Origin: an uncultured Spirochaetia bacterium
Lineage (GTDB): Bacteria; Spirochaetota; UBA6919; CAYUUC01
Assembly: GCA_964447635.1 (NCBI GenBank)
Contig: CAYUUC010000002.1
Location: 1-43,648, forward strand
DNA length: 43,648 nt
Reading direction: 5' to 3'
Shown here: positions 34,977-43,385 of the stretch, piece after piece
Numbering within the stretch: position 1 is the stretch's first letter
Layout of the letters: the number at the start of each line of letters is the position of its first letter
Notes under the pieces: model-generated
The model's database searches: none
The model's input: the letters and a program-made list of their open reading frames with translations, nothing else
Told to the model about the DNA's origin: nothing
Position numbers and translations under genes: made by a program

Positions 34977-36722
34977 ATGGCAACTGAGAGAAATATAGCT
35001 GTTTTTCTTGATTTTGATAATATAAAGCTTGGTCTTGAAAAACAAAATATACAATTCGATATAGAACCTGTCTTTGATTATCTCAGTACAAAGGGTAAAA
35101 TCATCCTCTCTAAAGCTTATGGAGATTGGGATAAAATGTCTAATATCTCATATGAAGAACTCCAGGACAAAAAGAATATCAAAAAAAACCATATGCGTGA
35201 TCTTAAGAAGATTAAAGACCCCGAAGAAAAGGAGAAGAGGAAAAACCAGATAAAAACCAAGTTTAAAAATGTGGTTGACAGCATCAGAATTAAAAAGTCA
35301 AATACAATAAGAAAGATTAAAAGGCAACTGATTGAATATAGCTTCGATATCGTTGATATGCCTTCCAGAAGAAGCGGGAAAAACTTTTCCGATATACAAC
35401 TGGCGGTGGATTGTTTAGAGACCAGCATCTTTAATAAATCTATTGATACAATCGCTATTATATCCGGTGATAGCGACATGACACCGCTTATAAAAAAGAT
35501 AAGATATTATGGTTTGGAGGTTATTATTATTGGTGCTGAGGAGTCCACCAGTAGGATGCTTTCATCAGTGACGGATGTCTTTCGTTTTTTTAGCTTCCTT
35601 AATCTTAAAAAGATAGAGCCTTCTGTTATGAGGGAATCGCCATATCTTATATTGTGTAAGGCTTTAACACTATCAAGGTTAATATCCGGCTCGGATGTTC
35701 TTGAAAAAGGATTGGTAAATGAAAAGTTTAGACTATTGTCTCCAAAGAGCTATGGCAGGTATTACCCATTTGAGGGGCTTTTAGAGGATTTAGTAAAACA
35801 GCAGATAATCAAAATCTCCCTTTTGAAGGGAGATAAGCTAAAAGTATATGAGGATTCAAGTCTTGAACTACCCGCTATTAAACATCTTAAGTTTAATGTT
35901 TATTATAAGAATATTAAAGAGTTAAAAGAATATATAAAGCCATATCAGGAATTATTAACTGAATTTGATAATAATAAAGAAAAGCTGAAAAATTATATAA
36001 ATTCATTAATTATTGATTTGATTAATTATTCTCTTCTACCAGAGGATTATGAAAGTGTAATAATGGAAGGTTTCTTAAAATTGAACGAGAGTGATAGTAA
36101 TTATGATGATGCTTTGGAATTAGTAAATGATATATTAAACCATATGATTATGAGTAAGAAAATAACCTTTGAAGAACATGAAAAGATATATATCCCATAT
36201 TATCCAGAATATAACCAAAATAATACCATATACTTATTGAATAGAGAAATAGATAAGTTGAATAAGACTGTTAAAGAAACAGAGAAAGAGAAAAATATCC
36301 TAAAAAGCAAGATAGAAGATATAGAAGATGATAAAGAACTGTATAGAAAGTTAATTCATTCGATAAATATTATCCAGATGAAAGATAGAGACCTGCATCC
36401 CGCGATAGAAGAATTGACCTATCTATCTCAAATTCATAAATATCGAAAAGCGGCAAGCCTCTACTTGGGAAAAGCATATATGAAAATTGGGGAATATGAA
36501 AAAGCCATAGAAGTATATAACAAAATGGTAAATCATGGTGTAAAAAATACATATGTATATAATGTCTTGGGTACTGCTAATGTTAAGATAGGAAATTATA
36601 CCTCAGCTATGGAGAATTTCCAGAACTCGCTTATGCTAATACCAGACCAGCCAAGGATATTACATTATGTTAATGAATTAAGCCGATATTTCTCCGATAA
36701 TAATATGGTAAGCACTAATTAA
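34977..36722 (+). CDS. NYN/LabA-like (PIN-fold) nuclease domain protein with an OST-HTH/LOTUS-like segment, coiled coil and C-terminal TPRs
   Basis: NYN motifs IAVFLDFDNI, AYGDW, SDIQLAVD and IISGDSDMTPLIKKIRYYGLEVIIIG. C-terminal TPR (ASLYLGKAYMKIGEYEKAIEVYNKM...GNYTSAMENFQNSL). Confidence 0.75.
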   Translation: MATERNIAVFLDFDNIKLGLEKQNIQFDIEPVFDYLSTKGKIILSKAYGDWDKMSNISYEELQDKKNIKKNHMRDLKKIKDPEEKEKRKNQIKTKFKNVVDSIRIKKSNTIRKIKRQLIEYSFDIVDMPSRRSGKNFSDIQLAVDCLETSIFNKSIDTIAIISGDSDMTPLIKKIRYYGLEVIIIGAEESTSRMLSSVTDVFRFFSFLNLKKIEPSVMRESPYLILCKALTLSRLISGSDVLEKGLVNEKFRLLSPKSYGRYYPFEGLLEDLVKQQIIKISLLKGDKLKVYEDSSLELPAIKHLKFNVYYKNIKELKEYIKPYQELLTEFDNNKEKLKNYINSLIIDLINYSLLPEDYESVIMEGFLKLNESDSNYDDALELVNDILNHMIMSKKITFEEHEKIYIPYYPEYNQNNTIYLLNREIDKLNKTVKETEKEKNILKSKIEDIEDDKELYRKLIHSINIIQMKDRDLHPAIEELTYLSQIHKYRKAASLYLGKAYMKIGEYEKAIEVYNKMVNHGVKNTYVYNVLGTANVKIGNYTSAMENFQNSLMLIPDQPRILHYVNELSRYFSDNNMVSTN

Positions 36723-36759
36723 TGATATTAGTTATATTCCCACTTTTAACGGAGTAAAT

Positions 36760-39700
36760 ATGCAGGAGTCCAAAAACCATCTCCAACAAAGGGACAAAGA
36801 TAAAAAGAGAGCTTCTACTCCACTATTAAAAAGTTTTATATCATTCATACCACAAGACCTGGTAAGAAAGATACTACAAAATCCTAATATAAAAATCATC
36901 GAAACATCGGAATGGATTGAAGGAGCTATTCTCTTTTCCGATATTAGCGGATTCACCAATATGAGCAAATCATTATCAAATTATGGACTTCGTGGAACTG
37001 AGATGATGGGTAAGATATTGAATACATACCTATCAAAAATGTCCGAGCTTATATACAAACATGAAGGAATAATCCAGAAAATAGCTGGTGATGCTCTTAC
37101 TGTCTTCTTTGAAAAGAACACAAATGTTCAATGGAAAATTTCTATACTAAAAGCAATTGAATGTTCTTTTAATATGCAGAAACTAATGAATAGCTTCCGT
37201 AGGATAAAGACAATAGCAGGTGAGTTTGACTTAACAATGAAAATCGGTATTAGTTCGGGGAGATTATTCAGCGGGGTTCTGGGGTCTTATGATTTTGGAA
37301 TAGAGCCATTCCTTATCGGTAAAGCCATAGACCTCGCCGTGGGAGCGGAACATCAAGCCTCTCCCGGGGAAATATGGATAGAAGAAGAAAGCTTTAAGCG
37401 TGTAGAAAACTATATTAAAGTTATCCGGCATAAAGATAAATATTATAGAATAGCTCATAGATTAGTTAATGAACCTCCAGCAAAAAAGGTTGAAGAGAAT
37501 AAGTTTTCGTATAAACTTACCCATGAAGAGAAACAAACCATTATAAACGAAATCAGTAGTTGTGTCCCTTCGCCAATCGCTAAGAGATTGGAATTAGGCT
37601 ATCATGAGTTCTTGGGGGAAGACCGTAAGACGACTATATTATTCATAAATTTTGAAGGTTTGAGAATGGATGATGAAGACTTTGAAGATAAGCTTCGTTA
37701 TTATTACAATTCCATGCAAAAAATCATCACCCAGTATCGAGGCTTTCTTTATGAGTTTGAAAGTGGTGATAAGGGTTATAAAATCATCGCTGTTTTCGGT
37801 AGTCCTACTTCTACGGAGGATAACGAAGGATATGCTGTTCAGTGTGCTAATGCGATAATCCAGGCTGGTAAAGACATATCATGGATAAAGTCCCAAAACA
37901 TAGGAATAACCACCGGGGATGTCTTTGCTGGACTGATTGGAACTCCTCTGTTGAGAAGGTACGCTCTGATAGGTGATAAGGTTAACCTCGCCGCACGGTT
38001 AATGTCTATAGCAGAGGATAATACCGTCTTAGTAGATGAGGTTACTTATAGACTAACCAGGGATAGGTTTGTTTATGAAGCTCTTCCACCAAAAAAAATA
38101 AAGGGACAGGAAGACCTGATTAATACATATATATATAAATCCATCAGAAGTACTGAAAAAAAGAAGACCGTCAAAGAGTTATCATACATGGTTGGTAGAG
38201 AAGAAGAGTCGAAAAGGTTCATTCAGCTTTACTCTGAAGTTGCGAATAATAATGGTCAGATCGTTTCGGTAATAGGTGAGATGGGAATGGGTAAGCGGTC
38301 CTTAATCAAAGCCTTTACCAATATGGCTGAGAAGGATGGTATTAAACCATATGAGGCTGTATGTTATAATTACAGCAGGCAAATTCCATATTTCGGCTGG
38401 ATAAAGATATTTAATGATATAACAGGGATCAAGGATTCCGATTCCAATCAGGATAAGCTGGAAAAGTTAAGGTCTACTTTAAATGAACTTGTCCCGCAAG
38501 AGGTGAACAAAACTCCAATCCTCGCCAATATGCTGGGGATAGATATGGGTGAGAATGAATGGAGCAAGAACCTAGACCCAGCTGTTAGAAAGTCTAACCT
38601 TATTGATTTAATGAGTAATGTTATTATAAATCTATCCAAGAAAACTGTAGTCTTTATTATATTATATGACTTACATTGGAGTAACTCATCTACATTAGAT
38701 TTCTTGCTGTTTTTGTCCCGTAATATAAAGAATGAACGGGTAATGATAGTTACTTCCTACAGACCCTTTACCGACAAGCCCCCTGAGAAGCTGATGGAGC
38801 TGAAGAAAACCGACTATCATAATACTATTGTATTAAATGAACTCAATTCTGAACAAACCATGGAATTTATTCAGAATAAGTGGAAGATTCAACAAATTCC
38901 AGATAGTTTCAAGAATATTATAAAGAAGAATGTGGGTGGGAATCCCTACTTCATAGAAACTCTGATGACTTCCCTTATTAATACAAAACAACTACTATAC
39001 AATGAGGAAGAAGGACAATACTACTTCCCCAAGGGTAAATCAGAAGATATAGACATACCGAATAACATGCAAAACCTTATCATTAGTCAGATGGATAGGT
39101 TGGATGAGACCAGCAAACTATTGCTAAAAGTCTCATCAGTAGCTGGTATGAACTTTAATAGACAGCTTATAAAATGGATATCACCAATTAAGATAGACAC
39201 TAACATACTTGAGGATAAACTATCATATCTTTGTGAACAAGGCTTACTGGAGAGGGAGAAGAAGGATGGAGAGATTGCTTATTCCTTTAGAAACGAGTTA
39301 ACCTTAGAGACTGCTTATAGTACTTTACCCTTCTCACAGAGGAAACACCTTCATGAAGCAACAGCAGAAACATACGAGAAGATATATAATGATAGATTGG
39401 ATGCATATTATGAAATACTTGCTCATCATTATAGTTTCACAGAGAACATTGAAAAACAATTACGATATATAAAGTTAGCTGGTAAGAAGGCTAGGAATGC
39501 TTATGCCAACAAAGAGTCCATCGAATACTTCACTCAATTATCCGATATAATAGAGAAGAAGCTGAAATCCCTTTCCGATGCTACATCAGCATACTGGGAG
39601 AATATGATAAGGGAGGCTTTCGACACTGCTATTGAGCTTTCCGATATAAAGAGGTTTATGGGAGAAATGAACCAATCTAAGGAATGGCTGGAGAAAGCAG

Positions 39701-40959
39701 AAGATATACTGGTTAAGATAACCGATGAACCAAGGAGATATACCTTATTAAGAAGCTTTGGTGAATGGTTTGAGTTTTCCGACCATTATATACAAGCAAT
39801 GGAATACTACCTTAGAGCTTATAAATGTATATCCCAACAGAATGATATTGAGAAGACCAGCTTATCAGCAGGACATCTAGGTAACCTCTATCGAACTATA
39901 GGTGTCTACGAAAAGGCATTGAACCACTATAAGGAAGCCGCTGATCTAGCAAAAAGTGTTGGTGATATTATGATGAGAGGTAGATGGCTAGGTAATATTG
40001 GGATAATAAAGTCCAACCAGGGTGAATATGATGGGGCTTTGGAATACTACTTTAAGGCTTTGAAGATATCTCGTGATGAGAATGACAAATCCAGAGAAGC
40101 GGCATGGTTATCTCTCATTGCTGAGGTGTATGTAGCACGAGCTAGATATGATGAAGCATTGAAGTTCGGTAATAAGTCTTTGGAAGTGGCAGAGGCTATT
40201 GGATATAAGAGAAGCATAGTTATGACCTTAAACACTATCGGGAATACATACCGGTTCTTAGGTAAGTATTCAGATGCATTACAAGCTCATCAAAAAGCAT
40301 TGGACATCGCTAGCCTTATAGGTGCGATAAACCTTGAAGTTATATGCAGAGGGGAGATTGGCGAGATTTATCGATTCCAGCAAAACTGGGATGAAGCGAT
40401 GGAGTTTTATAAGAATGCCTTTAGCATGGCGAAGTCACTAGGTGATAGATATAACCAGGCATTATGGGAAAGAGCGATAGGTATTGTCCTTTATCAATCA
40501 CCTAATTCAAAAGTTAAGAAAGCAAGACAGCACTTAAGCAATGCCCTGGAGTTGGCTAAACAGATTGGTCATCGTAAGTTAAGGGCAGAGATAGAGATAC
40601 ATTTCGGTAATGCTATTGCTGTTGATGGTGAGTTGGATGAAGCAGAAAGGATAATCAGGAATGGACTTATTATGGCACAAAAGATAAAGCATCCCGGTTT
40701 AAGTATATGGGGAAAGCGGATGCTAGGTATAATACTGATAAAGTTAGGCAGGAAAAAGGAAGGGGCACAGGAATTGCTTGATGCTCTTAAAGAAAATGAA
40801 AAATTAGGTTTGACCAAGGATATAGCAGAATGCTCCTTGGAGTTAGGAAGGGAGTTAAGAGACCGAAGCTATCTGGAAAGAGCATTGAAATTGTTTAAAG
40901 AAATTGGTTTGACAAAGAGTATGAAGCAGGTTGAGGAATTCCTTACAGAATTGGATTAA
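36760..40959 (+). CDS. Tandem class III adenylate/guanylate cyclase, AAA_16/STAND NTPase and TPR protein (1399 aa)
   Basis: Cyclase domain 1 (ILFSDISGFT, KIAGDALTVFF). Cyclase domain 2 (ILFINFEGL, YALIGDKVNLAARLMS). P-loop GEMGMGKRS, Walker B FIILYDLHW. About 500 aa of TPR repeats at the C-terminus. Confidence 0.85.
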   Translation: MQESKNHLQQRDKDKKRASTPLLKSFISFIPQDLVRKILQNPNIKIIETSEWIEGAILFSDISGFTNMSKSLSNYGLRGTEMMGKILNTYLSKMSELIYKHEGIIQKIAGDALTVFFEKNTNVQWKISILKAIECSFNMQKLMNSFRRIKTIAGEFDLTMKIGISSGRLFSGVLGSYDFGIEPFLIGKAIDLAVGAEHQASPGEIWIEEESFKRVENYIKVIRHKDKYYRIAHRLVNEPPAKKVEENKFSYKLTHEEKQTIINEISSCVPSPIAKRLELGYHEFLGEDRKTTILFINFEGLRMDDEDFEDKLRYYYNSMQKIITQYRGFLYEFESGDKGYKIIAVFGSPTSTEDNEGYAVQCANAIIQAGKDISWIKSQNIGITTGDVFAGLIGTPLLRRYALIGDKVNLAARLMSIAEDNTVLVDEVTYRLTRDRFVYEALPPKKIKGQEDLINTYIYKSIRSTEKKKTVKELSYMVGREEESKRFIQLYSEVANNNGQIVSVIGEMGMGKRSLIKAFTNMAEKDGIKPYEAVCYNYSRQIPYFGWIKIFNDITGIKDSDSNQDKLEKLRSTLNELVPQEVNKTPILANMLGIDMGENEWSKNLDPAVRKSNLIDLMSNVIINLSKKTVVFIILYDLHWSNSSTLDFLLFLSRNIKNERVMIVTSYRPFTDKPPEKLMELKKTDYHNTIVLNELNSEQTMEFIQNKWKIQQIPDSFKNIIKKNVGGNPYFIETLMTSLINTKQLLYNEEEGQYYFPKGKSEDIDIPNNMQNLIISQMDRLDETSKLLLKVSSVAGMNFNRQLIKWISPIKIDTNILEDKLSYLCEQGLLEREKKDGEIAYSFRNELTLETAYSTLPFSQRKHLHEATAETYEKIYNDRLDAYYEILAHHYSFTENIEKQLRYIKLAGKKARNAYANKESIEYFTQLSDIIEKKLKSLSDATSAYWENMIREAFDTAIELSDIKRFMGEMNQSKEWLEKAEDILVKITDEPRRYTLLRSFGEWFEFSDHYIQAMEYYLRAYKCISQQNDIEKTSLSAGHLGNLYRTIGVYEKALNHYKEAADLAKSVGDIMMRGRWLGNIGIIKSNQGEYDGALEYYFKALKISRDENDKSREAAWLSLIAEVYVARARYDEALKFGNKSLEVAEAIGYKRSIVMTLNTIGNTYRFLGKYSDALQAHQKALDIASLIGAINLEVICRGEIGEIYRFQQNWDEAMEFYKNAFSMAKSLGDRYNQALWERAIGIVLYQSPNSKVKKARQHLSNALELAKQIGHRKLRAEIEIHFGNAIAVDGELDEAERIIRNGLIMAQKIKHPGLSIWGKRMLGIILIKLGRKKEGAQELLDALKENEKLGLTKDIAECSLELGRELRDRSYLERALKLFKEIGLTKSMKQVEEFLTELD

Positions 40960-43226
40960 GGTTGTGAATATTTCTCCTGTAGTTCCGCAGATTCAAAAGT
41001 ACAATTTTCTAGACCACCAATGACTTCATTTTCTTCAATCTGGTTTTCCATTGTTTCCACCTTAGCGAGGATTTGAGGATAACCAGGGTATGTACTGGCT
41101 ATCTTCTTGGCAAGTTTCTCGGCATTCCAATAAGCCTCAAAAGCGGAACACAAGTCACCTATTACCTCATATGCTTTTCCCATAAGCAGGAACATGTTAG
41201 TATATATAGAGATATCACTAATGCTGGTTGGTTTATATATCTGATTTATTTCATTATAAGCTAGGGTAGCTTTTTTCAGATATTGTATAGCCTTTTCATA
41301 TTTAGATTGGTTTATGGAGTATATTCTACCGATTTCGCTGTTAATTCTAATATATAGTTTAGTATAGCGGATTCTCACTGTCTCATATTCATTTAATTCC
41401 ATATCCTTAACTTGATTAATATAGTTATTAAATATTAAATAATCATCGAGTATCTTATTACTTTGTATAGGTGGATATTCGCTATTAGAGAGCTTTGATA
41501 TATGTGATAATACTCTACTGTCGATATAGTTATATATATGAGTGAGGTAATCTTCTATTATATAGCTTTTGTTAATCAATTCTGCACCAAGATAATCCAT
41601 AACCCTTAGCTGGGATGGACTCTCCAGATTAATATTATCTAATGCTTTAATTAATAGGATTTTCCCATCTATCAATTGATAAAGACCTTTTTCTTCATTT
41701 AGTAAAGTGTTTTCCCTCTCATCTAGTGTTTCTTCGATAATACTGAGAATTTTTCCCGCTTCTGAGTATCGATTAAACTTCCATAGATAATCATATAAAT
41801 CGGGATAAATATCGAATATTTGTTTTGTGGTAAGGATTTGAGGCTTTATATCCATGAGAATAGTGACTCCCGCGTCTTCTTTGCCCGTTCTAAAATATGA
41901 ATAGCCGATGAAGTATCTAAACTCAATCACTTCAGGGGAAGTAAGGAATTCAAATGAGTAATCCATTGACTCATAGGTTTGAATTAACTCTTTATATTGG
42001 TTTTGGTTGAATAACTCTCTTAGTCTAACATAAGAGTCATTAAAAATCTCCGAAGGAGTTGGTGGTGTTTTAGACATCTCAGAGGATAATGAATTGGATA
42101 AAATAATGATTGCGATTATTGAAAGTATCAGAACAGGTATAAGTATATAGTTAATAACTTTTATATTTTTTATTTGTAGTATTTTTTTATTTAGTTTGGT
42201 CTTTTCATCCTTGCTCTTTATCTTTTCTCTTATTGTGCTTCTAACAGCATTGAATATAGCATCAAATTCTGTATCTATTATTTTTTCCTGTTGTTTGTTT
42301 TTATTCTCCAACTTGGCTTTCTCATCGGTAAGCTTTTCTATTTTACTTTCCATATTGGTTTGCATCTTTTCTCTATCATGCAATCTTTCAATATCAATTT
42401 TATGTTCTTCGATAATCTTTTCATATTCTTGTCTGGTTATGGTTAGTTTGGATTCAAGCTCTTCTTTTTCTTCTTTAAGGCTATCGATAATTTTTTGATT
42501 ATCGTATGATTTATCAATATTAGCGGTTTTATATTTACTTTGATATTTTAGTATTTGATAGGTTCTTTCTGTTTCTGGAGTTAAAACAGAATCTATGGGT
42601 AGATTTTGGTTTAATAGGAAATGGAATAGTAGGAATAAATCTTCCTGAGAGAGTTTTTCATGATGAGGTGCTTTCCTTTGCTGGTAGAATTTTTTGAAAA
42701 GGCTGGCCTTAAGTTCCTTTCTATGTATGATATTCATCTGTTTGTGATGAATAATATCTTCCAGCTTTAATTCTTTTTGTGGAGATACGATGCGGTAGTT
42801 ATCATTGCTTATAACAACCATTCCCCATATACCAAATTTGAGGTCAGTCTTTTTGTATAGATGGTTACTTATCTTCCCTTCTCTGAACTTATCCAAGAAC
42901 CAATTTTTAGCTAGATTTGGATATTCAATAGCTCGGTATAAGGGGTCATATTCATCTTTATTCTGTGATTGGAAGATTAGATTATTATGTTCGCTTTTTA
43001 TCAAGGATACATTTTTAACTTCGAGGAAAAAGACACCGTATTGGTTAATAATTACAAAATCTATCTGTGTACCGCGTATTTTCTTATTGTTTTTAATGAA
43101 TGAGAAATATGTATCTTTATCACCGCATATACACAACCAATTTTCTGGTAAAGATGTTAGTACTTCTGCTGTACTTCTTTCTTCAGCTGGGATTTTACTA
43201 TTTTTAGAAAGTGGTGTAACAATCAT
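40956..43226 (-). CDS. NERD domain, coiled coil, single TM and TPR-like domain protein (756 aa)
   Basis: NERD core RGTQIDFVIINQYGVFFLEVKN. Lys/Glu-rich coiled coil (aa ~245-350). TM VINYILIPVLILSIIAIIILSN. TPR-like C-terminus (YEKAIQYLKKATLAY..., MGKAYEVIGDLCSAFEAYWNAEKLAKK). Confidence 0.75.
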   Translation of the reverse strand: MIVTPLSKNSKIPAEERSTAEVLTSLPENWLCICGDKDTYFSFIKNNKKIRGTQIDFVIINQYGVFFLEVKNVSLIKSEHNNLIFQSQNKDEYDPLYRAIEYPNLAKNWFLDKFREGKISNHLYKKTDLKFGIWGMVVISNDNYRIVSPQKELKLEDIIHHKQMNIIHRKELKASLFKKFYQQRKAPHHEKLSQEDLFLLFHFLLNQNLPIDSVLTPETERTYQILKYQSKYKTANIDKSYDNQKIIDSLKEEKEELESKLTITRQEYEKIIEEHKIDIERLHDREKMQTNMESKIEKLTDEKAKLENKNKQQEKIIDTEFDAIFNAVRSTIREKIKSKDEKTKLNKKILQIKNIKVINYILIPVLILSIIAIIILSNSLSSEMSKTPPTPSEIFNDSYVRLRELFNQNQYKELIQTYESMDYSFEFLTSPEVIEFRYFIGYSYFRTGKEDAGVTILMDIKPQILTTKQIFDIYPDLYDYLWKFNRYSEAGKILSIIEETLDERENTLLNEEKGLYQLIDGKILLIKALDNINLESPSQLRVMDYLGAELINKSYIIEDYLTHIYNYIDSRVLSHISKLSNSEYPPIQSNKILDDYLIFNNYINQVKDMELNEYETVRIRYTKLYIRINSEIGRIYSINQSKYEKAIQYLKKATLAYNEINQIYKPTSISDISIYTNMFLLMGKAYEVIGDLCSAFEAYWNAEKLAKKIASTYPGYPQILAKVETMENQIEENEVIGGLENCTFESAELQEKYSQP

Positions 43227-43323
43227 CTATTATGGTAACTCCATTTAGTATATATATTTTGGAACGCTTTTATATCAAATGTTGTTGAAAGTAAATAAAA
43301 CCTTATCCTGATATATTTTCTAT

Positions 43324-43385
43324 GGGACATCGAGCTGGAGCCGAAGGGAACATGGGATATGTCGTTTCGGCTATTCTCAACGACC
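43324..43385 (+). other. GC-rich structured element, copy B
   Basis: Same conserved blocks and helices as copy A. 6-bp hairpin GTCGTT (43361-43366) / AACGAC (43379-43384). AGCCGAA (43339-43345) pairs with TTCGGCT (43366-43372). Confidence 0.45.

Noticed and set aside
35117-35479. 120-aa ORF antisense to the NYN gene.
   Set aside because: It is the reverse-frame image of the Lys-rich insertion (AAG/AAA gives a Phe/Leu-rich translation). No RBS and no independent support.
42196-43248. Two antisense ORFs (100 and 147 aa) within the NERD gene.
   Set aside because: They are reverse-frame images of the Lys/Glu-rich coiled coil and the NERD domain. The translations are Ser/Leu/Phe low-complexity sequence.
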